A stretch of DNA of 64,000 nucleotides from Octopus vulgaris (GCA_951406725.2 OX597821.1:59830001-59894000); one strand, 5' to 3'; numbered from the stretch's first letter, positions 1-13,199 are shown. The notes: generated from the letters alone by a model not told the origin. Program-made: numbers and translations.

Positions 1-1596
1 TTCAGTAGCATATATACTCACAAGTCATGGTCCTGCATGAGAACACGACTTCATTTACTGACGGATGCTGAACAAAAAGGAAAATGACAGTAAAATATAA
101 AAAAAGTTTAAGACTGAAAGTTAGTCATGACTGGTTATGAACCCTAACGGATTGTTCTTTCTTTAAATCTTACAAGTAAGCTTTGCAATATAAAAAATAT
201 ATATTTCCTCCCAAATTCGTCGTTTTTGAAGAACGGGTTTATCAAAATATTTTGTTTCCAAGCTGAGAAACAAAGAAAGCAATGATTAAGCCGGTTATAT
301 GAATCAGTACATAGTAATAGATGGGATATTTTTTTAAAAAAAGTAGTTTCAGCAAAAAAATAACTAGGAAATTTTTTAAATTTAGCGAATTACTTTTGAC
401 TAAAGAAATTCAATTTTTTAATGAATTTTCATTTGGCAATAAGTCAAGAATAATAATACAGAACACGAGACCAGAGAATTTTTAAAGCCCTGCTCAAAAC
501 TAGATCTTGAGAAAAATATTGCATCACTTAATGTTAATCAACTTAGTTATGAAATATACCAATTGTATTTCGTTAGAAAGGGTTTTTATATTGCAAAATA
601 GATAACTTCAGAGTAATTAGATTTGAAATCAATATACATAATAAATTCCGATATTTAGAAAATACTAAACTTAAAAACTAAGGACAAAAAAAGAGAAGGC
701 TGGATTTTCTTATTTAATATTTTATTGGGTGATTATTATGTGGCCAAGAAAGTAAAGCGCTCCGGTTAACTCAATGTATTTCAACATCTATGTTCCTCTC
801 CAAATCCTGCCGAGATCGACTTTTTTTAATTTTATTTTTAAGCGTCGATAAAGTAGAATCGATCCAACTGACTTGAACCATTTAGTGAACTAATCAATTT
901 TCAAACTTTGATAAGCTACATATAGGGCAGGCGGAGATGGGGGGGAGACAATTTCAAATTTGAAACCCTGACATTGTTTGTCGGTATTCCGAAAACAAAC
1001 CACTGGTGAGAGGACAGTAAAGCAACACTTTCCTGGAGAAATGGAAAGAGAGAGAACGAGAGAGAGAGAGAGTAAAGCAACCCCCTTTATATCCAAGACT
1101 TAGGCCAGAACTAATTGAAACGTGATCAGTGTCAGTAGCGAGAGAGAGAGTGAGAGGAATTCACACCGATTGGTTGACACCAAACAAACCAACAACTTTA
1201 AATTCGTTGTCTTTAGGGAAATTAATTCACACATGCAACAATAATACACCAAATAAAACGTGCTAAGACACGTGAATATAACACTTTCCGTTTATGAATG
1301 TCCTCAAATTAATTTTACTCAAAATAAATATACAAAACGCAACTAAAAATAGAAAAACAACGCTAGAAAAAAGTTTAGTGTCCAAAATTAAAAGATATAT
1401 TAAACAGGTAAATCATGCTAATTTATAAATTACTTTTGGTAATTATACAGTAAGCGTTAGACATACAAGGAATGAAATAAAAATTATTCGTCAATTCTAA
1501 ATAATTTCGAAGAGTTTCATCAAGAGAGGCAACAAAAAGAAAACAAAATTAAACACCATATGATGAAGTTTAATTATAAAAAGAAAAATAATTTAC

Positions 1597-1733
1597 CTGT
1601 CAGTTCTAAGTTCACTTAGGTTCATCGCCAGATTTGTAACAGGGGAATGCAAGTTTCCATTGTTTTCGCCTTTAGTTATCGACGAATTACAATCTAAAGC
1701 CATTAGTTGTAACGATCTTCCAAAATTAGACAT
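1597..1733 (-). CDS. CDC25: Probable first coding exon of a Cdc25 (M-phase inducer) phosphatase; remaining exons probably lie left of the window
   Basis: ATG at 1733 opens MSNFGRSLQLMALDCNSSITKGENNGNLHSPVTNLAMNLSELRTD, ending at a strong CAG|GTAAAT donor (phase 2). SPVTNL..(M/L)..L matches the conserved N-terminal motif of Cdc25 (human CDC25A LSPVTNLTVTMDQL). The catalytic domain is not visible. Confidence 0.65.
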
Positions 1734-2069
1734 TTGAAGAGTTTAAACGATGGTGCTCAGCTGAAATTCGATATATTTACGATATAACAAGCAAGAACTA
1801 CTCAAACTAGACTTTCTGGTAAATATCAACAGAAATTTCTTGTTAACGCTGTCCTCGTGTCTCTAAATCTCTCCAAGAGGGTTTAATACCGATTATTTCA
1901 ACCACAAAGAAGTGTTTAGTAAATAGCTGTAGGCGTGATTAAATAATTTTTTTTTAAAAAACTCATTCAACCTTATTTTTTTTTCTACAAACTAAAGAGG
2001 CACAGGCGTTTTGTGGGGGGTTTTTTTGTTTGCTATAGGGTAAATAAATAAACGTTACAAATAGTTATT

Positions 2070-2440
2070 ATCGCAGATGACGTGTAAATGTACATTCGTG
2101 GTTTTTAACGCCAATTCGGTGTGCTAAAAGAGCACTAGGGTGGCGACTGGCCTAAGATTATCTTGGTCAACTAACAAGGATTACTTAGAAAACGTCGGCG
2201 CCACAATTTTCAAACATAAATTTATTCGAGCCAATCAACAACCAGCATTTACACAGCTCCCCTTATTGCATATAGTTATACACACTTGAAAATTAAAATC
2301 TCCAGAAAAATATATTTTGTTCATTTACACCCGTCTTAATTGTGATTTCGATTCTAAATCTAGACTTTATATAAAAAAATAATTCGATGTTTTATTTTGA
2401 TTTTGAGTCCGAAGCGCATGCGCCATGTTTGGCGGGAACT
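2070..2440. promoter_or_regulatory. Bidirectional TATA-less promoter shared by cdc25 (-) and SLBP (+)
   Basis: Lies between divergent ATGs at 1733 and 2474. Motifs seen: TGACGT ~2078; CCAAT at 2111 and 2231; GGCGCC at 2197 followed by TTCAAA (reverse CHR TTTGAA) at 2209-2214; NRF1 GCGCATGCGC 2414-2423; YY1-like CGCCATGTT 2421-2429; E2F TTTGGCGGGAA 2428-2438. CpG is visibly retained. Confidence 0.7.
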
Positions 2441-2473
2441 TATCAGTTGATTACCAGTCATACAAATATTAAC

Positions 2474-2556
2474 ATGGATTCGTTATCGGCTGCCACTTCC
2501 ATTCATAATGTATCTTTTCCTGATAATAATAGAATGACCACTCCGCGCAGGAACAA
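2474..2556 (+). CDS. SLBP: SLBP exon 1 (predicted): MDSLSAATSIHNVSFPDNNRMTTPRRN(K)
   Basis: AACATGG start just downstream of the E2F/NRF1 cluster. Phase-2 donor AA|GTTCGT joins in frame to the exon at 5238. Contains a TTP motif like the SLBP phosphodegron. The donor is non-optimal; the alternative start is the ATG at 5254. Confidence 0.55.
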
Positions 2557-5237
2557 GTTCGTATTATCACATCAGTTTTTTTATCGTATATTCCTTGTTG
2601 CATGCGAAACTGAAATCTTACTGCTCTGCTGAAATTTATTTCAGTCACTTGACAATCTTTCATCAACCTTTACAGTTTATATTATTCTATTTTAGCGGCA
2701 TGCTACCAAAGCCTTTCACCGCATATTACCTTCTTGAGATCTATTAATTTCACATTTTTATTTATTTCACACAATGGTTATTAATTTAGATATAATTGAA
2801 AATAGGAATTACAGTGCGAATTGGAATTCTTCTGAAACTCGATCGCTTCGAAATATTTGTTTTAAGCTCGCAAACTTGTTTCCCTACAAGTGGATGGAAC
2901 GATCGGATCCAGAAGGTTCTTTGTACATAATCCTTTATAGTTTAGCTTTCTTGTGTATTAACTGCTAACACTGAAGTCCAGCGATTATCCATATCGCGCC
3001 ATCTTAATACTCTCCCCTCCTTTTTGAATCCATTTCGACATTGTTTATGTTTTTCTTCATCTGGCGCTCTTTGCTGATCGAATGAAATTCTACAACGTAA
3101 CGTTCAGGACCAACGGCATAAATTTAGGCGGTTATTTATCAAACCACGAAATCTTCAATTCGGTTTTTATAATTACAAACAAACATTTTTTATTTTATTG
3201 TTTTAGAAAAGAAAATAATGACAAATAATTAAAAAAAAAAAAAAAAGAAAGCACAGGAGAGGATGAATTCATTAAACAATATTAAAAATCTGTTTCCTCG
3301 AGAACAATATCGAAGAAAAGTTTACGAATCAATTGAGACAAAAAAAATTGGGTTGTTTTTTTTTCGCGGGATAATGTTATAAGCGATCGTTGAAATATTA
3401 ATCAAAGGTCACACATCTATGAAAGGGGTCAACCGATAATTGTGTGGAAGCTCGATTAATATATTATCCCGAATTTTGGCATCTCCTTCCACTTGTGGAT
3501 TTTTTAAAGTTCTTATTTTTCAGGTTATAGAAGCACTCTCAATGATGTCTTTATTTTTACTATAGGATGGTCTCGCGGCGTAGCGCAATTAATTCTAAGA
3601 AAGAATCAATTCCAGGACCAGAACTTTCTCGACCATGGAATTTGAACTTTGCACAGAGTGCCGCAAGGTATTTTATCTAACACTCTGCCAAACGGTTCAA
3701 CTTGAAGGGCAGACTCTATAAAGCCATAGAATATTTCTTCCGGCTCTTCAAATCCCGCCAAACTCAACCCTGCTTTTTATCCCTCCGGCATAGATAAAAT
3801 AAAATACCTATGCTGTGAACAATAAGCTAGTTGACAGCGATGGGTTCGCAAAATCTGTGTTCAGTCGAGGATCATCATTGCATTTAATCCTTCCAAGATC
3901 AATATCGTGAATACACGAGTTAATCTAGTCATCTGTACACATCGTCTAAATTTGACTAGTCTCTTATTTTATTGTCATAATAAAAACGATTCCGGAATAA
4001 ATTGTAAAGCCCAAGCACTAGGATTTTGTTAACTTAGTTTGCGTGTATATACTGCTGCAAGAACATGTTTTATAAGATTTTACTTTTTTTTTTATATTTC
4101 AATTACTGCTATAAAGAATAACACAGGTTCAGGCGTGAACATCTAGTTTTTTGTTTTTTTCTATACATACATATGGTTTAAATGAAGATGGTACATTTTC
4201 ACTTGAAGATATTCGGTTTCCATTTCTTTAGCAACAAATCTTTTGCCTTTGTTTCAATAAACCACTTTAATAGGAAATACACATCCACATATATATATAG
4301 TGATCATTTTGCGTCCGATTTTCGTGGTAGCATGTTTGACGGGCCCTCACAGTGTGCGCTCGTGTTTTAATGCGTATTCTGGATTTCAACGTGGAAAATT
4401 AATTAAAATGGGAAGCAACTCGAATTTGAAATCTTATGGCGATTTGGATAGTTTGAAGAATAACTGATTGGAAAATAAAAAGCTTATGTTTATGAACTGT
4501 CAGTGTTTGTGGAAAGGAACTTAGAAATTACAATAAGATCAAGTTCTGAAAAATTCCATTGTATCCCTTTTTGCATTTGTAATGAATATATTTGTCACCA
4601 TCCACCGGTTTGAGAGTCGGTGTTTCGGTCTAGACATAATCGTCAAGGGGAGAGAAATAAACATTATATTGAATCAACATATTTTGTTATCATTAAGCAC
4701 CAGGCTGACGTTAGTCGGAAAAAACTATGATTAAAGATGTTCCAGTTGTGACTACCTCATCTTTTTACGGGTATTTAGAACTATATTATCGAATATGTGA
4801 TCTGAGAATATAATTGACGAAAAGGTGAAATAATTTTTAGAGAATCTGTTGCTTGTATTGCGCTTATGTGCAGTTCGGTATTTAGCTTCGCGTTTCCGAA
4901 TTCGGGGTCGATAAATGGGTACCAATTAGATGTCGGAATACTTTTTGATCGAGTGTGACCATTTTATGGAATTGGTCTTGTTGAATAGCAGAAATTTTCT
5001 GTCACCTGTGCTCTAATTAATTAATGTATGGATATTGCTCATTTTACTTTACATCTCCTATAGGAATGAAGTATGAAAACCTTTTTACTTCATAAATATA
5101 AAAGATCTGATCTGATATTGTAGTTATCTTGTCACATAATATTTTGTTATATTCAATTAACCAAGTTAATACCTTACTTGTCTGAATTTTCTCCCATAGT
5201 TCTTGTTTCACCTGGTAACTTTTCTTCATTGTTTCAG

Positions 5238-5324
5238 AGATGATCGAAGACAAATGAGTGAGAATTCCAGTCCATTACGTAGTCCACTCAGAAGAGACGA
5301 CGCCTGTGCAGGACAAAACTCAAG
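5238..5324 (+). CDS. SLBP: SLBP exon 2: DDRRQMSENSSPLRSPLRRDDACAGQNS(R)
   Basis: TTTCAG acceptor, AAG|GTCTAT donor, 87 nt, phase 2/2, in frame with the next exon; SP sites. Confidence 0.7.
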
Positions 5325-8300
5325 GTCTATTTTGCTTTTTATTTCCTACATGTTCTGGGGAAAACACAGAATAAAGGTCTGTGCTAGATACTGAGTGTAT
5401 CATTATCATTAAATACCCAGTTTCCAAGCTGGCCTGAACCGGACAGTTTGACGGGATTTGGCATGGTCTCTGAATAGTGGGGGGGGGAAACCCTCACGAA
5501 TAACTGGTGCTAATATTTGAAAAGGAGGTGGCTTTATATCAGGTGAAGAAAGCCAAAGTATCAGTGGGACAAGCACATATGTCTTCATAAAGGAAATACA
5601 TGACTATCCAACATAAAGGACAGGTGGTAAGTAGTTGGGAAGAAGATAAAGATGGTAGTGATGGAGTGCCAGAGAAATTTTTCAATGTCCAAGAAGGTAA
5701 GCATAAGAGAGGGTACCATCTGCTTTCCATGCTGGGTAGTGTAATAATATCAAATCCTGCTGGGCTGAAATTTTTCTTGATATCTTCAGGTAAAGGAACC
5801 ACATAGGCTGCCTCTATCTTATCACTCAGCCTTCTAGGAATATTGGCTTCCCTCAATACAATACTGCACAAAAGTGAAGCATAGACTATTACCAGTTTTT
5901 AGCGCTCTTTTTCTTATGCTCTATTAATATTGTTGGGTAGGGAATGAAAGTAAAAATATTTTTGCTGAAGTAATTGACTTTTACTAATTTTCACTAACTG
6001 CCTTTTGATGCATAGAAAGGTACCTAGAGAAAGCAGAGAGAAGTAGTTAAATGTTTCAAGGTTAAAAGTGGTTATATGCTGAGGAAGTCAACTCAGAAAG
6101 AAATTTATAGAGTTGAGTGAGTGAGTTTGCAGTGGTGGGTGAAAGAATATTGGGAGGTGTTCTCACATTAGTAACAAAACTGTATGTATACTCTGCATAT
6201 TCAGCAACATGCAATATACAGTGAAGCAGCTAAGCTAGAAAAATGCTGTTGCTTATTTATAGGTAAAAAAAAATAATGCTACCTGTTGGCCTTGCTCAGC
6301 TGTAGTGTAATACATCTAATGTTACTAGGTCTGTGCACATTAACAGTTATATATTTCTGAAATTTAGTGATCCTGCCTGTGATCTCACAAAGCTTCTACC
6401 TGTCATTGTGTGGGTGTCACCACTGTTTCCGATGGATTGACACCCAGGGTAAGTAGCTGTCATGTGCTCTGCTTTGCCAAAATGTAGCTAATGTTTGGTT
6501 CAGGGCAGCTTATTGCCATATTCACTGCCTGTATGAAGAAATCATTCCACTATCCTCTACCAGGGGTTCTCCAGGTTAGAGTTCTTTCTCCTAATCCTAT
6601 TATCATCATTTAATATCTGTTTTTGATACTGGCATAGGTTGGGTGATTTGAAAGAATCTGATGAGTTGCAGAGCTGCATCAAGCTCCAATAACAGCTTTG
6701 CTATGGTTCCTATAGCTGGATGCCCAACACCCATCTCCATGCAATTGGTACAAGAGACTTGCAAACACTCTTCAGCAAAGTGGAAAAATCCATGAAAGAT
6801 GAGTGAATGTTATATGTCTTTCATTATGTATGCAAGGGGCAGGGTCACCGTATCTAGTTGGGTGTTTATCTGATTTAGCAATTACACTCACAGAGTGGTT
6901 GGCGTTAGGAAGGGCATCCAGCTGTAGAAACATTGCCAGATAAGACTGGAGCCTGGTGCAGCCTTCTGGCTTCCCAGATCCCCGGTCAAACCGTCCAACC
7001 CATGCTAGCATGGAGAATGGATGTTAAACGATGATGATGATGATGAATGCTTGACTATGAATGGCATTGGTGCTGGTGCAACTCCTGGCATTGCCAGCAT
7101 GGAAAACTGATGTTAAATGATGATTATAAAACTAGTTTTTGTATCTTATATATACTGTGTATACACTGAAGCAGTGTTTTAGCATTAGCTACTTTTCAAG
7201 AGCCAATTTGTATTATGTCGTAGAAATATTAACATCGTGTGTTGGATCTACTCAGAAAAGACATATGGTTACTTCATGACCTTAGTAGCAAAGGGGAGAG
7301 AAACTTGAGGCCTTGTCCAAATTCTTGCAAATATGCACTCTGTTAAATGAAACCAAAGGCTGCATATTATATTTCCTATTTGGTGCATTCAACCATTATG
7401 TTTGCTGATTGAATTACATATTTTTATTTTCCTCTTGCTCGTTTTTATTTGTTCTTTCATATATTGAGATTTTTGCATTGGTCTTTGTATTCATTTTAAA
7501 TCTTGTGTATATTACAGAGATAATAATCAAAAGCTTCATCAACGACGTTATCGCTATAAGCCCCAGGAATTTCCTCCTCTTCCGACTACTCCAGAATGGT
7601 GAGAAATTTTCTTTGTATTTTAAATGCGTTTGTGTCTGAGCAACTAAAGTGGGTTCAACTAGGCTACTAAATGGAATCTCAAGCAGTATCATTAGGTTTG
7701 GTGCATTATTTCCTGTTTCAGTCAACTAACTTAGATATAGAGAATCCAGCTGTGTAATATTTGTACCAAATGTCCAGCAATAGTATCCTATCACTTGCAG
7801 GACCATTGAACCATAAGTGGTGTAGAAAAATATTAAACATATGCATTCTGTGGGTTGCTGAATGAGGGATCTTGAAAAGCTGTTTCAGCAATAATGTACT
7901 TATAATGGTTGATACAATTTTATGGTTCTTCGTAACCCTGTCAGTGCAGGTTCCACTTATGAAGTGGTTGGCATTTGGAAGAGTATCCAGCTGTAAAAAC
8001 TTTACCAAAACTGACCTTCCCTGCTGTGCTTCTGCCACGTAAAAAGCACTAAGTCCACTGCTTGGTGGTTGGTGTTAGGAAGGGCATCCAGCTGTAAAAA
8101 TTCCTGCCAAAACTGTCACAGGCTTCTGGCTGGCCGACTCCTGCCAAACCATCCTACCTATGGGAGGTGGACATTCACCTGTGCTGTGTGGTTGTTGTGG
8201 CCTTTGTAACAGTTGCTGTATGTTTTACTTTGTATTCTAATCATCATCATCGTTTAACGTCTGCTCTAACTTGTTCTTAATTTCTGGAGAGGCTACATTA

Positions 8301-8663
8301 TTGATTATGTTGTAAGCATATTCTTTTTCTATAGGTGCCATGTCCAGAATGTAGGACATAAGCGATCATGCCTTCCCACAATTCTCTGACTGTCTTTCTT
8401 TTGTTTTTTACTTCTTTCAGTCATTGGGTTGTGGTCATGCTGGGCCACTCACTGCCTTGAGTGTGTTAATAGAATAAATCAACCCTTGTACTTATTCTTT
8501 TGTTTCTCTTTTGCCTAACTTAAGTTACAGGGGACATAAGCACCAACATTGCTTGTCAAGCAGTTGTGGGTGACAGACACACATGCATGATGGGCTTCCA
8601 CACAGTTTCCATCTGCCAAGTTCACACACTGTGTACATTGCTGTTACTTTCGTTTCCTTGCAG

Positions 8664-8795
8664 GACTCCTCCAGCTCAGGCTACAACAGGGGTTGAGTGG
8701 TCCAAGAGAGCCACTCCTAAATCTGAGGTTGACTTAACATGCGATCTCCAAGATTACGAACATCGAGCCAGGCAAGAACATAAAAGCTTAAAAAG
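8664..8795 (+). CDS. SLBP: SLBP exon 3: TPPAQATTGVEWSKRATPKSEVDLTCDLQDYEHRARQEHKSLK(R)
   Basis: Polypyrimidine tract plus GCAG acceptor, AAG|GTAATA donor, 132 nt, phase 2/2. Confidence 0.8.
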
Positions 8796-8896
8796 GTAAT
8801 AAATTGCTTTCTTTGTTGTTTCATTTATATCGTCTCGTAGAGCAGTTTGTTCTAATAATGCTGATGTTTACTCATTTACTTTTGCTTATTCACCAG

Positions 8897-8944
8897 GTAT
8901 TGCCGTAAACTAGAATTGAATCAGAGAGGAAGAAAGAATACAGA
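8897..8944 (+). CDS. SLBP: SLBP exon 4: YCRKLELNQRGRKNT(D)
   Basis: CCAG acceptor, GA|GTAAGT donor, 48 nt; RYCRKL aligns with the vertebrate SLBP RYKRKL cyclin-binding motif. Confidence 0.85.
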
Positions 8945-10589
8945 GTAAGTGATTTCCTTTTTTTAATCATTAAGTTGTTGAGATTTTAAATCTGTGGAGA
9001 TAGAGAGGATTATAAGGGAGCTATATGCATGGGTCAGATAGGATTTAGTGAAACGGATTTTCTACAGCTGGATGTTTTTCCTGTCACTAACTCACCCCTG
9101 CTTCCAGATATGGTAATATTTTCCCACAGCTAGGCATCTTTTGTTCATAGGTGACTAGAAATCAATAACTTTACTTGTATAACAGTGACATTCATTTACA
9201 ACCATCATGTGATGTTATAGCATAGGGACACATATAGAGAGAGGGGTTTATATGGTGGGTGTCTTTTACTTTCCAGCTACTGAATCCTCTCTCAAGGATT
9301 TTGTAGGCAGTGGACACCCATGGTGCTGCACAGTGGGAGTGATCCAAGAATCATGGTTCGGAAGCAAGGTTTCCCAAGGAGTTTTTTTATGAGCAAAAAG
9401 TGGGAGTTGCATTATATTTGAGATACGGTTATTGGTAGTGCCCCAGCATGGCAGCAATTTAATGACTGCAACATGTTATAGAATATGAGTGTGTACATCT
9501 GAACATAAGTTAGTGTGTAGAATAGAAGCATGCAAAAGAAAACATACATTTGACATTACCATGTTGTATGAGAAGGCAATTGTCATTATTATCATTTAAT
9601 GTCCATGTTCCATGCTGGCATGGGTTGGATGGTTTGAGAGAGTCTAATGGGTTCAAGAATAGCATTGTGCTGTCTGCTTTGGCATGGTTTTTAATGTTGG
9701 ATGGCCTTCTTTATAGTGTATACTGGCTGTGTTTTTTTTCATTCAACTAGCACTAGTGAGTCCGGTTACCTTGCACCTCATGAAACTACAAACCTTGAGA
9801 GGTGGGGTGCTTTATGCTATGATATAAGAGGGTGGAAGCTGAGCAGGTTCTTCTTGTAGAGGTGCTACATGGCTGCTCTCATTTGAAGAGGGGGTAGGAA
9901 TAATCAGTAGGAGCTGCAAAGAGAAAATATTTTTATTGGATGTTTTCAAACCAGTCATCAGGAATTGGGGTTGTGGGTAGGAGTCCATTTAAATTGACTG
10001 TACCTGGCCAAAATAATCTACCTGTTTTATCTTCAAATTGGCCATATCCAACCTTACAATAACCCTAAAGTATCATTGTAGAAATAAACAGTCGCATTAA
10101 AATCTCAAAGCTACAAGGCGATGCATAGCAAGTTCAAATCTGTGTAAATGAATAAACATTACTATTGACACAAATCTGAATGCCAAAGAGATAACGTACC
10201 TGATATGCTTAGCTGCAAGTCAGCTCTGTGGGAGCAGTTACCCTTTTAGCATTCGGGTTATGTTGGAAAATGTAATGCTTATCATTGTTTTGAATTAATC
10301 ATGTTTTCTAGTTTTGAGATTGTAGTGATGTGAGAGACTGGATCTGGTCAGTTTGATCATTAAACAGGTAAATTAATGATTAAAGATTTATATACAGATA
10401 AATTGTTCTAACATCCACTTTTTCATGCTCGCATTGGTCAGAGTGCATTTGTGGAAGCAGGTATGGTGATATTTCCCTGTAGCCAGGCATGTTTTCACTG
10501 AAGACTGAAAATGAAAAGTTTCGCTCGTACAACAGTGACAGCTTGGTAAACAGTAATGATGATGATGATAGCAACATAGGCAGTATTAA

Positions 10590-10813
10590 TCCTTTAGCCT
10601 TTAAGCCAGCCATATCTGGGCCATGCATGCTACCTGTTTTATTTTCTAACCATCCAGATCCGGCCTACCACACTACCCTTCAGAACCATTCTGAAAATAT
10701 ACAATCACATCACCAAAATTTCATACCCATGAAATAATGCGTGATTAATAAAAAAATAAATAATTTGAATGAAAAAGTATTACATTTGGCAGAATTATCT
10801 GAATGCTAAAGGA
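10590..10813. mobile_element. TTAA-specific (piggyBac-like) MITE; further copies ~13748-14112, 15599-16183, 48170-48330, 48715-48927, 61390-61597
   Basis: TTAA flanks and (C)CCTTTAGC...GCTAAAGG(G) TIRs; internal sequence shared across copies. Confidence 0.75.
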
Positions 10814-11139
10814 TTAAACATGGCTCTTCTGTTAGAACAGACTATACTGTGGTAGTTATCATGAGAGAAATTCTCATATTGGCTTTTAGTGCAAAATATA
10901 CTCTTGTTTATATTGCTGCTGAGGAGAGACATCCCCACCAGCACCAAGATCACCAGATTCCGTAATTTCAACCTTTCTTGGTTTTGTCAATGATGGATGC
11001 TTGACTGCTAGAGATAGGGATTCAACTCCCAATGATATATGGAATAACAATGCCAGAAAATATGCTGGTGTTGTGATTAGCCACTGAGCTTGTTAAAAAT
11101 ATAATTTTTAACAAGCTCACTGGGTGTATGTCATTGCTG

Positions 11140-11540
11140 GCAGGTTTATGCAGTTGAGAAGCTTGCTTCCCAACTACATCGTCACAAGTTCAGGTCCACT
11201 GTGTGGCACCTTGGATGAGTGTCTTCTACTGTAGTCCCAGGCTGACCAAAGCCTGCCTCATGGGTGAGTTTAGTTGAAGGAAAGTGAAAGAAGCCAGTCA
11301 TGTATGTGTACCTTTTACCTTGACCTCACATGATGGCCGTAAATGAGCATCACCATCATACAAGGGGTGTTGATTGTTTCTGGTCTACCATGGAAAAATG
11401 TGTCTGTTCATAGGAAATATTAACTTGCTTGGAAACAGGTGAGGGCTGGGGACAAAAAATGTAACTGGCTGTTGAAAATATACCTCAACAAATTCCATCT
11501 GACCCATGCATGCATGAAAAGGAGGGTAGATGATAATGAT
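11140..11540 (+). mobile_element. SINE with a family-A head and an RTE-type 3' tail; other copies ~55760-56135(+), 56870-57200(+), 9050-9370(-), 46545-46915(-), 50390-50775(-)
   Basis: Same head as family A, but ends GACCCATGC..GCATG(G)AAAA...(GAT)n. Confidence 0.7.
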
Positions 11541-12813
11541 GGTGAAATGCTGCACAACTTTGGAAACCGTCTTTTTGGTCGTGATACTAGAGATATAAGG
11601 GACTAACAAAAGATTTTTCTGTACCCCATGTTTTCCATACTGGTATCATTGGATGGTTTGACAAGATCTGGTGAGCTTCAGGGCTGTGTCAGGCTTCAAT
11701 GTCTGCTTTGGCATGGTTTCTACAACTGATGGTGAAGGCCCCCTCAGCTTTGTAGGTGGTGGGTGGGTGGGTACTTGAGAGGGCAGGATTATACTAGATT
11801 TCAAGAGGTGTCTTGCTATAGAGGAGATGCATGGCTATCAGGTATATTATATAAAGGTGAATGGGAATAGCTGGAAAGGAACTAGAGATGGTGGTGAAAT
11901 CTGGAATGAATTCATTCTCACTTCCAGTGTTTCTGCTAAACTTGGTATCATCATCATTTTTTACTTCCTTGTTGGCATTGGTTGGATGGTTTGAAAGGAC
12001 CTGGTCGATGCCCTTCCAAACGCCAGCCACTATACAGTGTGTACTGAGTGCATTTTATGTGGTATCAGCACCAATGCTTTGTTATCTCTACTGGAAATAG
12101 TCAATGAATGTGATGCGAGTATTAATTTAGTTCAGGTGTAGAACATTATAAAGATGATGTGTGGACTGGAGGAATGTCTCTCCTCTCCATCCCACCCACC
12201 CCTAATTTATTTGGCACAAATTTCAAATCATGAAATGTTAGGAAAGGTTCAGCATGCATGTGTTTACCTTGTGAGGTCATGTTATCACGAATGGAATATA
12301 AGGTTCATGGCCCTAGAAACCTTCTCAAGTCCTGACAGACTACGCAACCCATGCCGGTATGGAACATGGATGTTAATTGATAATGATGATTTATAATTAC
12401 AGGCAGTATTTAGTGGATGGGTTGGTAATTAAGGACATTGAGTGGCAGGCTGTTAAAACAATTATATTTTTCAGATGTTGATGATTAGTAGCAATGCTAA
12501 TGATAGATCTCTTTGGGATTCTGGTTGGGTTTTGATATTATTTGGAGCTCTTATAGTCTGTGTCTTATTTTTATCAGTAGTAGTAGTAGTACAGCATTGT
12601 GCTAAGCAGATTTGTTATGTCATTGGACAAAATGCTCAGCAGCATTTCTTTCTGCTTTATGTTTGTGTTCAAACTCCACCAAACTTTGCTTTTCGTCATT
12701 TTGGGATCGATAAAATAGGTACCAGTTATGCACTTGAGTCAATGTAATCACTAATTTTCTCCCCCAAAAATATGGGTCTTGTGCTTATGGTAGAAAGAAT
12801 TATTATTATTATT

Positions 12814-13140
12814 ATTACCTCCATCTTAGCGAAGGTGGGGGTATTGTTTTCATTCGTGTTTGTTTGTCTCAAGAATCACTGGATGAATTCAGATGAAACT
12901 TTCAGGGATGTTTGGCACAAATTGATTAGATTCGGGGATTGGTCTGGTACCCGACAAGGATTCTGGTTTATTTTTCCTGTTCTTTTACTTTTTGAGAGCA
13001 GTCGGGTTCATTTTTAGTATTCTTATTTGTGAGAGCAATCAAGTTTATTTCAGATATTCTCAATTTAAAAAGCATCTCAGGCTAATCGTTGAGAGAACAT
13101 TGGTGTTGCTTTGGAGGTTTGCACTCTATGAGTGTTCTTG
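12814..13140 (+). mobile_element. Helentron-associated (HINE/DINE-like) element; second partial copy ~36032-36225
   Basis: Subterminal ACCTCC...GGAGGT inverted repeat plus 3' hairpin GCACTCTATGAGTGT. Confidence 0.6.
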
Positions 13141-13199
13141 TTGTTGTTGTTGCTATTGGTGGTGGTGGTGGTGGTAAGAATTATCATTTTTATTTTTAG

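Noticed and set aside
4598-4650. Minus-strand TTGACGA...GAAA-CACCG/CGGTG hammerhead-like motif
   Set aside because: C3 is altered, stem II is poor and there is no UH cleavage site; at best a very decayed relic
5539-5871. 110-aa minus-strand ORF in SLBP intron 2
   Set aside because: No recognisable domain or convincing splice pair; possibly a decayed retroelement ORF1
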